DNA of 64,000 bases, taken from assembly GCA_017437905.1 (NCBI GenBank), contig JAFRWY010000020.1, positions 7,632 to 71,631 on the forward strand, given 5' to 3'. Both the position numbers and the translations under genes were made by a program. Under the pieces are notes generated by a model. The model did no database searches. It was given only the letters and a program-made list of their open reading frames with translations, and was not told the origin of the DNA. The first letter of the stretch is position 1. The number at the start of each line of letters is the position of its first letter. Below, in pieces: positions 25,268-35,056 of the stretch. Origin of the DNA: Eubacterium sp. (GTDB taxonomy: Bacteria; Bacillota; Clostridia; Lachnospirales; Lachnospiraceae).

Positions 25268-26947
25268 ATGAAGAATTACGAACATTACAGAAGAGGCTAT
25301 TTCATGCCGCCGGTGGAGTCCACCGACTGGGTTAAGAAAGAGTATATCGACAAGGCACCGATCTGGTGCTCCGTAGATCTCAGGGACGGAAACCAGGCAC
25401 TGGTGGTTCCCATGAGTCTGGATGAGAAGATCGAGTTCTACAAAGAGCTGATCCGTGTGGGCTTCAAGGAGATCGAAATCGGTTTCCCGGCAGCCAGCGA
25501 GACAGAGTATGTCTTCTGCCGCCGTCTGATCGAAGAGAACCTGATCCCCGATGACGTGACGATCCAGGTGCTTACCCAGGCGCGTGAGCATATCATCCGG
25601 AAGACATTTGAAGCAGTCCGCGGTGCGAACCCGAAGAATGTCATCGTCCATGTTTACAATTCGACCTCTGTGGCCCAGCGGGAGCAGGTGTTCAAAATGT
25701 CGAAGGAAGAGATCAAGAAGATCGCAACGGACGGTGCGGAGCTTCTGAAGCGTCTTGCGGATGAGGACGGTGCACCCTACCGCTTCGAGTATTCGCCGGA
25801 GAGCTTTACCGGAACCGAGCCGGAGTATGCATTGGAAGTCTGCAATGCCGTGCTGGATGTATGGCAGCCGACCCCGGACCGGAAGGCCATCATCAACCTC
25901 CCGGCTACGGTGGAGATGTCCATGCCGCATGTATATGCGAGCCAGATCGAATACCTGAACAAGAATATGAAATATCGTGAAAATGTTGTGCTTTCGCTTC
26001 ATCCCCACAATGACCGGGGTTGTGGCGTTGCGGATGCGGAGCTCGGACTTCTGGCCGGTGCGGACCGGATCGAGGGAACCCTCTTCGGGAACGGCGAGCG
26101 TACCGGAAATGTGGATGTGATCACCCTTGCCATGAACATGTACACCCATGGCGTGGATCCCGAACTTGACTTCTCGGATATGCCCAGGATCCAGGCGACC
26201 TACGAGCGTCTGACCGGCATGGAGATCTACCCGAGAGAGCCCTACTGCGGCAAGCTTGTCTTCGCGGCATTTTCCGGTTCCCATCAGGATGCCATCGCAA
26301 AGGGCATGAAGTACCGCGAGGCAGATCCGAACCAGATGTGGACGGTTCCGTACCTTCCGCTGAATCCGGAGGATATCGGAAGAACCTACGACGGAGACGT
26401 GATCCGTATCAACAGCCAGTCCGGCAAGGGCGGCATCGGCTTCCTGCTTGAGACCAAGTACGGTTTCCTTCTTCCGAAGGCCATGAAGGAGGATGTGGGA
26501 TACACCATCAAGGATTACTCCGACCGTCAGCATAAGGAGCTTCAGCCGGATGAGGTGGTTGAACTCTTTAAGCAGGACTATGTAAATATCAGTACGCCCA
26601 TCAACTATATCGAGTGTCACTTCCAACAGGTGGACGGCATCCGCTGCGAGCTGACCATGGAGCGGGACGGCGTGCATAAGGTATATCACGGACAGGGAAA
26701 TGGACGTCTCGACGCCATCAGTAACGCGCTGAAGCGGCATTTTCATATCGATTACACGCTGATCACCTACGAAGAGCATGCCATCACACGGGGCTCCAAC
26801 TCCCAGGCCTGCGCATATGTGGGGATCCAGAGGAAGGAATCCGGCAAGGTTTACTGGGGAGCCGGGATCCAGGACGATATCATCGTGGCTTCGGCTTATG
26901 CGCTGATCAGTGCGGTGAACCGTTCACTTCAGGCAGAACAGAACTGA
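25268..26947 (+). CDS. leuA: 2-isopropylmalate synthase, long (LeuA type 2) form
   Basis: APIWCSVDLRDGNQALVVPMS, GFKEIEIGFPAAS, LSLHPHNDRGCGVA and a C-terminal regulatory domain are collinear with actinobacterial-type LeuA. ATG 25268 has TTGGAGGA upstream. The tracked start 25127 lies inside the T-box leader region. Confidence 0.9.
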   Translation: MKNYEHYRRGYFMPPVESTDWVKKEYIDKAPIWCSVDLRDGNQALVVPMSLDEKIEFYKELIRVGFKEIEIGFPAASETEYVFCRRLIEENLIPDDVTIQVLTQAREHIIRKTFEAVRGANPKNVIVHVYNSTSVAQREQVFKMSKEEIKKIATDGAELLKRLADEDGAPYRFEYSPESFTGTEPEYALEVCNAVLDVWQPTPDRKAIINLPATVEMSMPHVYASQIEYLNKNMKYRENVVLSLHPHNDRGCGVADAELGLLAGADRIEGTLFGNGERTGNVDVITLAMNMYTHGVDPELDFSDMPRIQATYERLTGMEIYPREPYCGKLVFAAFSGSHQDAIAKGMKYREADPNQMWTVPYLPLNPEDIGRTYDGDVIRINSQSGKGGIGFLLETKYGFLLPKAMKEDVGYTIKDYSDRQHKELQPDEVVELFKQDYVNISTPINYIECHFQQVDGIRCELTMERDGVHKVYHGQGNGRLDAISNALKRHFHIDYTLITYEEHAITRGSNSQACAYVGIQRKESGKVYWGAGIQDDIIVASAYALISAVNRSLQAEQN

Positions 26948-26975
26948 CCGGCCTGCAGGCCGGATCCTCAGGCGG

Positions 26976-26999
26976 AGCGGAACGGATGGGTTCCGCTTT
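26976..26999 (+). terminator. Possible weak terminator after leuA
   Basis: AGCGGAAC / GTTCCGCT 8-bp stem with a 6-nt loop, followed by only TT. Confidence 0.35.
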
Positions 27000-27084
27000 G
27001 CCGCGGGCGAAGAGATATGTGCCCGGAAGAACGATCGGAATGTTACAGGGGTTGATCCGCTCCGGCGGAGAGTAGGAGGAGATC

Positions 27085-28215
27085 GTGGCAGAGAATGTAT
27101 TTTATGAGGGTAGTGATTTTCTGGTTCAGGTGCGGGATGCGCTCTCTGAGAAGGACCGTCTGACAGACAGGGCAGGTGAGCTGAAGGGAATCCTGAAGCG
27201 GCAGGAGAAGGATATCGCCACGGAGGAGAAATCCATTCGCGATGAAGTGAATTCCACAGTGAAGAAGCGTCGCGGCGAGCTGGAGGATGAGTACGATAAG
27301 CAGATCAGTGCCATCCGCAGCAAGAAGAAGAAGGCTGCTTCAGAGAAGGACAAGAAGGTGGATGCCGCCAAGGCCTCCCGGATCAAGGAAGAGACGAGGG
27401 ATCACGTAGAGGATTCCAAGGAAGCGGAGAAGGAACTGAAGAAGCTGTTCCGTAAGGAGAAGGTTCCGGGATTCGCCAGAAGCAAGCTCTTCTATATCAT
27501 GTTCATGCCGGGGAATCCGCTGCAGATCCTGATGATGATCGTATGCTATGCGATCCTTTTCGCAGGGATCCCGACGGTGATCACGCTGCTGATCCGGAAC
27601 TTCCTGCTGAAGGATGCTTCCGAGGGAACAAGGACAACCGTCTGTATCCTGGTTCCGGCACTGCTGATCATTCTCTTTATGGTGATCATTTTCCTGATCT
27701 ATGTGAAGGTGAAGGCACGCCACATCGATACCCTCCGGCTGGGACGCCGCTACAGAAATGCGGTGGCCAAGAACGATCAGCGGATCCGCGAGATCAAGCG
27801 GTCGGTGGAGAAGGATACGGACGAAAGCCAGTATGATGTGGATGAACTGAACCAGAAGCTGGAGGAGATCAGCGACGAAGAGGAAAGGATCCGCGATCAG
27901 AAAAATGATGCGCTGAAGACATTTGACGAGGAAACGGCGGAGAATCTGAAGAGTGAGATCGAGGCGGGACGGCTTCCGAAACTGGAAGAGATGAAGCGGC
28001 AGAAGGCTGCGGCAGAGGCGGAGCTGGAACAGACCGAGAAGGCACTGCAGGAGAAAAGCCTGGAGATCTCGAGGGATTATGCCTCCCATCTCGGCGAGGA
28101 TATGATGCGGGTCGACCGGCTGGAGGACCTGATCAATATCATAAATGCCGGACAGGCAAGCAACGTTTCCGAGGCGATCGCGTACTATAAGAATCCAAAT
28201 AAAGGAAATGCTTAG
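27085..28215 (+). CDS. Hypothetical membrane protein: coiled-coil, 2-3 TM helices, coiled-coil
   Basis: GTG start 5 nt after AGGAGG. Lys/Glu-rich heptad-like N- and C-terminal regions flank hydrophobic segments (ILMMIVCYAILFAGIPTVITLLI and VCILVPALLIILFMVIIFLIYV). I recognise no family. Confidence 0.55.
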   Translation: MAENVFYEGSDFLVQVRDALSEKDRLTDRAGELKGILKRQEKDIATEEKSIRDEVNSTVKKRRGELEDEYDKQISAIRSKKKKAASEKDKKVDAAKASRIKEETRDHVEDSKEAEKELKKLFRKEKVPGFARSKLFYIMFMPGNPLQILMMIVCYAILFAGIPTVITLLIRNFLLKDASEGTRTTVCILVPALLIILFMVIIFLIYVKVKARHIDTLRLGRRYRNAVAKNDQRIREIKRSVEKDTDESQYDVDELNQKLEEISDEEERIRDQKNDALKTFDEETAENLKSEIEAGRLPKLEEMKRQKAAAEAELEQTEKALQEKSLEISRDYASHLGEDMMRVDRLEDLINIINAGQASNVSEAIAYYKNPNKGNA

Positions 28216-28223
28216 GTGCAGAT

Positions 28224-29624
28224 ATGGCAAGAAGAAGACGACCGGGACGACCGGAGCGGACGAATGAGACAGGGGATGAACTCCTGGACCTGGAGGATAC
28301 GGATCTGAAGGAGGAAACTCCGGCAGATCCGGCCCCCATGGAAGAGGATACCGACCTGACGGAGGATGACGGGAACACCGGACGACCGAGGCAGGGACGT
28401 GTTTCTTTCCGAAAGAAACACGGAAATGTGATCGAGGTGGGCGGGGACCCGGAACTCCGGAAAGCAAATGAACAAAGACGCGAGACGAAGCGTGCCGGAA
28501 GGGCACGCCTCTTTGTGTTGCTTGTCATTCTTCTGGTGGCGATCGGAGTTGTATGGTATGTATATCACGGTATCGGCGAGTTCCAGGGCTACAAGGTCCT
28601 GCACAGTGCCGACACCACATATGAATCCAATGCGGAATATACGGAGTTCGGCGGTAACCTTCTGAAACTGACACCGGAGGGCGTATCCTACATCAACGAG
28701 AACGGAGATGTGGTATGGACGGCAGGTGCGGACATGAAGGTGCCCATTTCCAGTACCAACGGCAATTATGCGGTGGTTGCGGATAAGGGCGGCAACAACG
28801 TGCGTGTGTTCAACACGGAGGGGGCGGTCAGTGATCTGGTAATGCCCTACAAGATCCTGGATATCGATGTGGCTTCCCAGGGAGCCTTCACCGTGGTGCT
28901 GGAGAGCGATTCCACCAACTACGTGAATATGTATGACAAGAACGGAAATGCGGTCTACGAGATGCAGACCTCCATCGATAAGAGCGGATATCCGCTGGAT
29001 ATCGCCATTTCCGAGGATGGACAGAAGCTTTTCACCAGTTATTTCTTCATGGAGGGGATCCAGAACCGGAACAATCTGGCAGCCTACAACTTCGGCTCCG
29101 TGGGACAGAATGCAAATGCGGACCGTATGGTCGGCGGCTTCAGCCTGGAGGATGAACTGGTGGCCAAGGTGGAATTCCTGACGAATAACACCGTGGCGGC
29201 TTTCTCCGATACGGAGATCATCCTGTTCAGCATGAAGGAGAAACCCTCCGAGCTGACCAGAATCAAGTACCAGAGTGACATCCGCAGCATTTTCTATTCC
29301 TCCACGTACCTCGGAACCATCGAACATCCGAAGGATGCATCGGAGAATACGGATTACGTGATGCGGGTCTATGACCTGTCGGGAAATGAACTTTTCCATT
29401 ATTCCTTTAACATGGTCTATGACAATATTCACGCAGGAAAGGATGAGATCATCCTGACCGGCGGAAATCAGTGCATGATCATCACAAGAAAGGGAAGAGT
29501 GAAATTCCGCTATTCTTTCGACGATATGGTGCGGAACATGATCCCCACCTCATCCGGCAACGAGTACGTTGTTACATTTGAAGGGAAGACGGAGAAGATC
29601 GGTCTGAAGAGGGAGGATAACTGA
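28224..29624 (+). CDS. Hypothetical single-pass membrane protein with a disordered acidic/basic N-terminus and an extracytoplasmic beta-propeller-like domain (DUF5711-like by recollection)
   Basis: TM helix LFVLLVILLVAIGVVWYVY after about 95 charged residues, followed by about 350 aa rich in beta-strand repeats (NGDVVWTA and NGNAVYEM). Confidence 0.55.
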   Translation: MARRRRPGRPERTNETGDELLDLEDTDLKEETPADPAPMEEDTDLTEDDGNTGRPRQGRVSFRKKHGNVIEVGGDPELRKANEQRRETKRAGRARLFVLLVILLVAIGVVWYVYHGIGEFQGYKVLHSADTTYESNAEYTEFGGNLLKLTPEGVSYINENGDVVWTAGADMKVPISSTNGNYAVVADKGGNNVRVFNTEGAVSDLVMPYKILDIDVASQGAFTVVLESDSTNYVNMYDKNGNAVYEMQTSIDKSGYPLDIAISEDGQKLFTSYFFMEGIQNRNNLAAYNFGSVGQNANADRMVGGFSLEDELVAKVEFLTNNTVAAFSDTEIILFSMKEKPSELTRIKYQSDIRSIFYSSTYLGTIEHPKDASENTDYVMRVYDLSGNELFHYSFNMVYDNIHAGKDEIILTGGNQCMIITRKGRVKFRYSFDDMVRNMIPTSSGNEYVVTFEGKTEKIGLKREDN

Positions 29625-30374
29625 TTGAACTGGCTGCTTATTACAACCATATGTGTCATGGCGGCCTTCGGGCTGATCGGATACCTGCGGGGACTGGTCC
29701 GTACGGTGCTGGGGCTTTGTGCCACGGTGATCGCACTGGTGCTGTCCTTTGCCCTGACACCGGTGGTTACGAACTGGATCGTAAAGGGAACCTCGCTGGA
29801 TGAGAAGATTGAAGAGAAGGTCTACAGCATGGTTGCCGATGAGGCGAAGGAGCAGGTCCGTAACGAGGCACAGGAGAGAGGAATTACGATCACGGATTCC
29901 GATGTGAAGATCGACCTTAACAAGAATCCCGATAAGGGGGATCAGGTGGAGCTGATCCGGGGCATCGAGCTTCCGGAATTCCTGACGCAGATGCTGCTGG
30001 ACGGCAACAATGAACAGGGGTACCGGGATCTGGGTGTTAAAACCGTGTATCAGTATATTTCAAGAACCGCAGCAACCATCTTTGTACGGGTTCTGGCCGG
30101 AATACTTACATTTATCGTGATCCGGCTGCTGCTCATCATAGTCACGGTCCTGGTGGGAAGAGTCATGAAGGCGCTTCCGATCGTCGGTGCCGTGGACAAG
30201 GCGGTGGGTGCCGTGGTGGGCGTCCTGATCGGTCTTCTGGTGGTATGGCTGATCATGTTCCTGCTTTCGTTGTTCATGAAGCAGGACAGTTACCGGCAGC
30301 TCATGCTGGACAACTCCGGCCTGCAATGGCTGTCTGACCACAATCTGATCCGGAAGGCGATCCTGCGAAGGTAA
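29625..30374 (+). CDS. CvpA-family membrane protein
   Basis: TTG start abutting the previous stop. The N-terminal helix pattern LLITTICVMAAFGLIGYLRGLVRTVLGLCATVIALVLSFAL is typical of the colicin V production (CvpA) family. Confidence 0.65.
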   Translation: MNWLLITTICVMAAFGLIGYLRGLVRTVLGLCATVIALVLSFALTPVVTNWIVKGTSLDEKIEEKVYSMVADEAKEQVRNEAQERGITITDSDVKIDLNKNPDKGDQVELIRGIELPEFLTQMLLDGNNEQGYRDLGVKTVYQYISRTAATIFVRVLAGILTFIVIRLLLIIVTVLVGRVMKALPIVGAVDKAVGAVVGVLIGLLVVWLIMFLLSLFMKQDSYRQLMLDNSGLQWLSDHNLIRKAILRR

Positions 30375-30380
30375 AAAAAC

Positions 30381-30409
30381 TTGTATTTTCTCCGCCAAAG
30401 TGGTAGAAT
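30381..30409 (+). promoter_or_regulatory. Sigma-A-type promoter of the CapD-like gene
   Basis: TTGTAT (30381-86), a 17-nt spacer, then TAGAAT (30404-09). The tracked ATG 30400 falls inside it. Confidence 0.5.
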
Positions 30410-30444
30410 GTCGCGAGTGCGCGTTCGGAGGCATGATTCGGAAA

Positions 30445-32313
30445 ATGAGTAAAAGAAAGATCATTACAAAGATCATACTGATCCTGTACGATACGGCGGC
30501 AGTGGTGGCGGCCAGTTTTCTGGCGCTGCTGATGCGTTTCGATCTGCAGTTCTCAAAGATTCCCGATGAATATTTCTCGGTGATGACGAAGAGTCTGTGG
30601 GTCGGAGTGGTGACTGCGGTCGTTTCCTTCACGTTGTTCCGGCTTTATTCCAGCCTCTGGAGTTATGCCGGTGCGACGGAGTTCAAGAATATCACCCTTG
30701 CCTGCGGACTGGCCAGCCTCCTTAACATGGGTCTGATCATGGCCCTGAATTCGGAGGTGACGGTACCGCTTCCGCGAAGCTATTATATCCTTTACTTTGT
30801 ATTCCTGCTGATCCTTGTTATCATCAGCCGGTTCTTCTACCGGACGTTCTTCTCCGTGAGACGTCAGGTGGTGGAGACCAAGACCCGCACACCGAAGAGC
30901 CGGGTGATGGTGATCGGTGCCGGAAGCGGCGGAAATGACCTGATCCGCGAGATCAAGAACAGCAAATATCTGGACATGAAGGTAGTGGGCGTGATCGATG
31001 ATGACGCCGGCAAGGTAGGCAATTATATCCACGGCGTAAAGGTCGTGGGCAAGAGAGAGGATATCCCCCGGATGGCCGAGAAGCTGCGGGTGGACGAGAT
31101 CATTCTTGCCATGCCTTCCGCCAAGGCCAGCCAGATCCATGATATCCTGGAGATCTGCAAGGAGACCGGATGTGAACTGAAGAAGATGCCCGGTATCTAT
31201 CAGCTGGTGACCGGTGAGGTCAGCGTGACGGATCTCCGTGAGGTGGATGTGAACGACCTTCTGGGAAGGGAACCCATCCAGGTAAATATCGATTCCATCA
31301 TGGGGTATGTATCCGGCAAGACCGTGCTTGTCACGGGCGGCGGCGGATCCATCGGAAGCGAGCTCTGCCGTCAGATCGCAGGGCATAATCCGAAACGTCT
31401 GGTGATCGTGGATATCTACGAGAATACTACCTATGATGTGCAGAACGAACTGAAGAAGACCTATCCGGAGCTGGATCTGGTGGTGCTGATCGCATCCGTC
31501 CGGAACACCAAGCGTATGGACCAGATCTTCGAGATCTACCGTCCGGACATCGTCTATCATGCGGCAGCCCATAAGCATGTGCCGCTGATGGAGGACAGCC
31601 CGAACGAAGCCATCAAGAACAATGTGCTGGGAACCTGGAAGATCGTTCAGGCAGCAGATCGCTGGAAGGTAAAGCGGTTTGTCATGATCTCCACGGACAA
31701 GGCAGTGAATCCAACGAACATCATGGGAGCCTCCAAGCGTCTCTGTGAGATGATCGTCCAGACCTACGATAAGCATTCCGAGACCTCCTTCGTGGCGGTC
31801 CGGTTCGGAAATGTACTCGGCTCCAACGGAAGCGTGATCCCGCTCTTCAAGAAGCAGATCGCGGAGGGTGGTCCGGTCACCGTGACCCACCCGGATATCA
31901 TCCGGTATTTCATGACCATTCCGGAAGCGGTATCCCTGGTGCTTCAGGCCGGGGCCTACGCCAAGGGCGGAGAGATCTTCGTGCTGGATATGGGTGAACC
32001 GGTGAAGATCCTGGATCTTGCCAGAAACCTGATCCTTCTGTCCGGCCATAAGCCCGATGAGGATATCAAGATCGTCTTTACGGGCCTTCGTCCGGGTGAG
32101 AAGCTTTACGAGGAGATGCTCATGAAGGAAGAGGGCATGCAGGATACCGAGAACCAGCTGATCCATATCGGTAAGCCCATCGAGATGGATGAGGAGAAGT
32201 TCATGGAAGACCTGAAGGAACTCGGTGAGTATGTGATCACCGAACCCTATGACATCCGTGATTTTGTACAGCGCATGGTGCCCACGTACCATCCGCAGAA
32301 AACGGAAGAATAA
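30445..32313 (+). CDS. Membrane-anchored nucleotide-sugar 4,6-dehydratase/epimerase of the CapD/PglF/EpsC/WbpM family
   Basis: Four N-terminal TM helices, a first Rossmann fold (MVIGAGSGGNDLI), then an SDR domain with VLVTGGGGSIGSEL and MISTDKAVNPTNIMGASKRLCE. The ATG at 30445 is 13 nt after GGAGG. Confidence 0.88.
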   Translation: MSKRKIITKIILILYDTAAVVAASFLALLMRFDLQFSKIPDEYFSVMTKSLWVGVVTAVVSFTLFRLYSSLWSYAGATEFKNITLACGLASLLNMGLIMALNSEVTVPLPRSYYILYFVFLLILVIISRFFYRTFFSVRRQVVETKTRTPKSRVMVIGAGSGGNDLIREIKNSKYLDMKVVGVIDDDAGKVGNYIHGVKVVGKREDIPRMAEKLRVDEIILAMPSAKASQIHDILEICKETGCELKKMPGIYQLVTGEVSVTDLREVDVNDLLGREPIQVNIDSIMGYVSGKTVLVTGGGGSIGSELCRQIAGHNPKRLVIVDIYENTTYDVQNELKKTYPELDLVVLIASVRNTKRMDQIFEIYRPDIVYHAAAHKHVPLMEDSPNEAIKNNVLGTWKIVQAADRWKVKRFVMISTDKAVNPTNIMGASKRLCEMIVQTYDKHSETSFVAVRFGNVLGSNGSVIPLFKKQIAEGGPVTVTHPDIIRYFMTIPEAVSLVLQAGAYAKGGEIFVLDMGEPVKILDLARNLILLSGHKPDEDIKIVFTGLRPGEKLYEEMLMKEEGMQDTENQLIHIGKPIEMDEEKFMEDLKELGEYVITEPYDIRDFVQRMVPTYHPQKTEE

Positions 32314-32326
32314 TACAGGGAAACAA

Positions 32327-32369
32327 AGACAGACCGAAGGATGTATTCTGCGGTCTGTCTTCTTTTTTT
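32327..32369 (+). terminator. Rho-independent terminator after the CapD-like gene
   Basis: AGACAGACCG / CGGTCTGTCT stem followed by TCTTTTTTT. Confidence 0.75.
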
Positions 32370-32428
32370 GGGGAAAGCCGGGGATCCGGCAGCGTTCATT
32401 TTATCATAGTGCATTTTTCTCCTTCTTA

Positions 32429-32437
32429 TGGTATAAT
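32429..32437 (+). promoter_or_regulatory. Extended -10 promoter element for module A operon
   Basis: TGgTATAAT at 32429-37. There is no good -35. Confidence 0.4.
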
Positions 32438-32474
32438 CCGATTAAGTATGCATAAAAACAAGGAAGGGACGAAC

Positions 32475-34961
32475 ATGAAGATACCTTTTTCACCTCCGGA
32501 TATCCGCGAGAACGACATTGCGGAGGTCTCCGAAGCCCTGCGTTCCGGCTGGATCACCACCGGACCCCGCACGAAAGAATTCGAACGAAAGATTGCCGAA
32601 TATGTCCATACACCCAAGGCTGCCTGCCTTACTTCCGCCACCTCCTGTCTGGAAATGGCGCTCCGTATCCTGGGTATCGGCCCCGGGGACGAAGTGATCA
32701 CTTCGGTCTATACATTTACGGCCAGCGCAAGCCCGATCCACCATGTGGGTGCGAAGATCGTGCTGGTGGATACGAAACCCGGTTCCTATGAGATGGATTA
32801 TGACCAGATGGCCGAGAAGATCACGGAGAAGACGAAGGCCATCATCCCCGTGGATCTGGCGGGTGTGGTCTGTGATTATGAAACCATCTTCCGGATCATT
32901 GAAGAGAAGAAGAGCCTGTTCAGGCCCAACGGACGCTATCAGGAAGCCATCGGACGGATCGCCGTGGTGGCGGATGCGGCCCATTCGCTGGGAGCAAAGA
33001 GGGACGGAAAAATGTGCGGCGAGATCGCCGACTTTACGGCCTTCTCCTTCCATGCGGTAAAGAATCTTACAACGGCAGAGGGCGGTGCTCTTGTATGGCG
33101 CACCATCCCCGGCTGTTCCGATGAAGAGGTCTATAAGAAGCTGATGCTCCTCACCCTGCACGGCCAGAGCAAGGACGCCCTGGAGAAGTCGCAGCTGGGA
33201 GGCTGGGAGTATGATATCCTGATGCCTGCCTACAAATGCAACATGACGGACATGATGGCAGCTGCAGGTCTTACCCAGCTGGCCAGATATGAGGATACCC
33301 TGAAGCGAAGACAGCAGATCGTGGACCGCTACAACGAAGCCTTCTCGGACTTCCCCATCGAGGTGATCCAGTCACCGGAGGTTGCAAAGGAGTCCAGCAA
33401 GCATCTGTACATGCTCCGGATCCGGGGCATCGATGAGGAGAAACGGAATGACATCATTTCCAGGATGACTAAGTTCGGTGTGGCAACCAATGTGCACTAT
33501 AAGCCGCTGGCCATGTACACCGCATATCGTGCCATGGGCTTTGAAATCAAGGATTTCCCGAATGCCTACAGGCAGTATGAAAATGAACTGACACTTCCGC
33601 TGAACACCTGCATGACGGACACGGAGCAGGAATATGTGATCAAATGCTTCGGTGAGGTTCTCGGACAGACCCCGAAGCCGAAGGCAAAGCGGGAACTTCG
33701 TCCTTTCGAGAAGAAGGTATGGCTGTCTTCCCCCACCATGCACGGTCCGGAAATGACCTACGTTCAGCAGGCCTTTGCGACCAACTGGATGTCCACCGTC
33801 GGAGAGAACATCGAAGAGGTGGAACGCCTTACGGCGAAGAAGGTAGGACGGAAGTACTGTGTCGGTCTTTCCGCCGGAACGGCAGCGCTGCATCTGGCAC
33901 TGAAGCTGGCTGCGGAGCAGCTGTACGGCCAGCCGGATCCCATCAGGGGATGTCTTGCGGGGAAGAAGGTCTTCTGCAGCGACATGACATTTGATGCCAC
34001 CGTGAATCCGGTTGCCTATGAGGGCGGCGAGGCTATCTTTATCGATTCGGAGTATGAAACCTGGAATATGGATCCGGTGGCTCTGGAGAAGGCGTTCGAG
34101 ATGTATCCGGAAGTCCGGATCGTGATGCTGGCCCATCTGTACGGGACGCCGGCCAAGATGGATGAGATCCGCGAGGTCTGCAGACGGCACGACGCACTGA
34201 TCGTTGAGGATGCGGCGGAGTCCTTTGGCGCCACCTATCGCGGGATCCAGACCGGAAACTTCGGACAACCCTCCGGTGTGCTCTCGGCCAACGGAAATAA
34301 GATCATCACCGGTTCCTGCGGCGGCATGCTGCTGACGGATGATGAGGAGATGGCGAACAAAGTCCGGAAATGGTCCACCCAGAGCCGTGAGGACGCCCCC
34401 TGGTACCAGCATGAAGAGCTGGGCTATAATTACCGGATGAGCAATGTGATCGCAGGTGTGATCCGCGGACAGCTGCCCTATCTGGAGGAGCATATCGCCC
34501 AGAAGAAGGCGGTTTATGAACGTTATAAGAATGGACTCAGCGATCTGCCGGTGGATATGAATCCGTATCTGGAATATACGGAGCCGAACTTCTGGCTGTC
34601 CTGCTGTACGATCCGTCCCGAGGCCATGTGCCGTCAGGTACGGGGCGAGCGTACCGTACTTTTCCAGAGCGAGCCGGGAAAAACCTGTCCTACGGAAATC
34701 CTTGAGAAACTGGCGGAGTTCAATGCAGAGGGACGTCCCATCTGGAAACCGATGCATATGCAGCCCATTTACCAGACCCATCCGTATATCACTGCGGAGG
34801 GAAGCGGCCGCGCCAGAAGTAATGCTTATATCGACGAAGGAAAGGTCACGGATGTGGGCGCGGATGTATTTGAACGGGGACTTTGTCTGCCCAGTGACAA
34901 CAAGATGACACCCGAGGAGCAGGATGTGATCATCGAGCTGATCCACCGCTGTTTTGAGTAG
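32475..34961 (+). CDS. Tandem fusion of two DegT/DnrJ/EryC1/StrS-type PLP sugar aminotransferases (second half EpsN-like)
   Basis: Half 1 (aa 1 to about 395) has a FSPPDI start, DEVITSVYTF and Schiff-base context FSFHAVKNLTTAEGG. Half 2 (about aa 415-828) has SPTMHGPE, DAAESFGA, SANGNKIITGSCGGML, RPIWKPMHMQPIY and GLCLPSDNKMTPEEQ, closely like B. subtilis EpsN. ATG 32475 has AAGGAAGGGA upstream. Confidence 0.85.
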   Translation: MKIPFSPPDIRENDIAEVSEALRSGWITTGPRTKEFERKIAEYVHTPKAACLTSATSCLEMALRILGIGPGDEVITSVYTFTASASPIHHVGAKIVLVDTKPGSYEMDYDQMAEKITEKTKAIIPVDLAGVVCDYETIFRIIEEKKSLFRPNGRYQEAIGRIAVVADAAHSLGAKRDGKMCGEIADFTAFSFHAVKNLTTAEGGALVWRTIPGCSDEEVYKKLMLLTLHGQSKDALEKSQLGGWEYDILMPAYKCNMTDMMAAAGLTQLARYEDTLKRRQQIVDRYNEAFSDFPIEVIQSPEVAKESSKHLYMLRIRGIDEEKRNDIISRMTKFGVATNVHYKPLAMYTAYRAMGFEIKDFPNAYRQYENELTLPLNTCMTDTEQEYVIKCFGEVLGQTPKPKAKRELRPFEKKVWLSSPTMHGPEMTYVQQAFATNWMSTVGENIEEVERLTAKKVGRKYCVGLSAGTAALHLALKLAAEQLYGQPDPIRGCLAGKKVFCSDMTFDATVNPVAYEGGEAIFIDSEYETWNMDPVALEKAFEMYPEVRIVMLAHLYGTPAKMDEIREVCRRHDALIVEDAAESFGATYRGIQTGNFGQPSGVLSANGNKIITGSCGGMLLTDDEEMANKVRKWSTQSREDAPWYQHEELGYNYRMSNVIAGVIRGQLPYLEEHIAQKKAVYERYKNGLSDLPVDMNPYLEYTEPNFWLSCCTIRPEAMCRQVRGERTVLFQSEPGKTCPTEILEKLAEFNAEGRPIWKPMHMQPIYQTHPYITAEGSGRARSNAYIDEGKVTDVGADVFERGLCLPSDNKMTPEEQDVIIELIHRCFE

Positions 34962-35056
34962 GAGCGCTGAAAAACCAATCCCGGGTGCGGGACCGGTGAG
35001 AGAAGGTATCACGCCTTCCGTTACAAGTCCTAAAGATCCGGTTCGAGGAAAGAACA

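Noticed and set aside
25073-26779. 568-aa minus-strand ORF
   Set aside because: It is antisense to leuA and has no recognisable domain or RBS. The same codon-bias artefact applies.
30553-32292. 579-aa minus-strand ORF
   Set aside because: It is antisense to the CapD-like dehydratase gene, and its low-complexity His/Asp/Gly/Leu composition is not protein-like.
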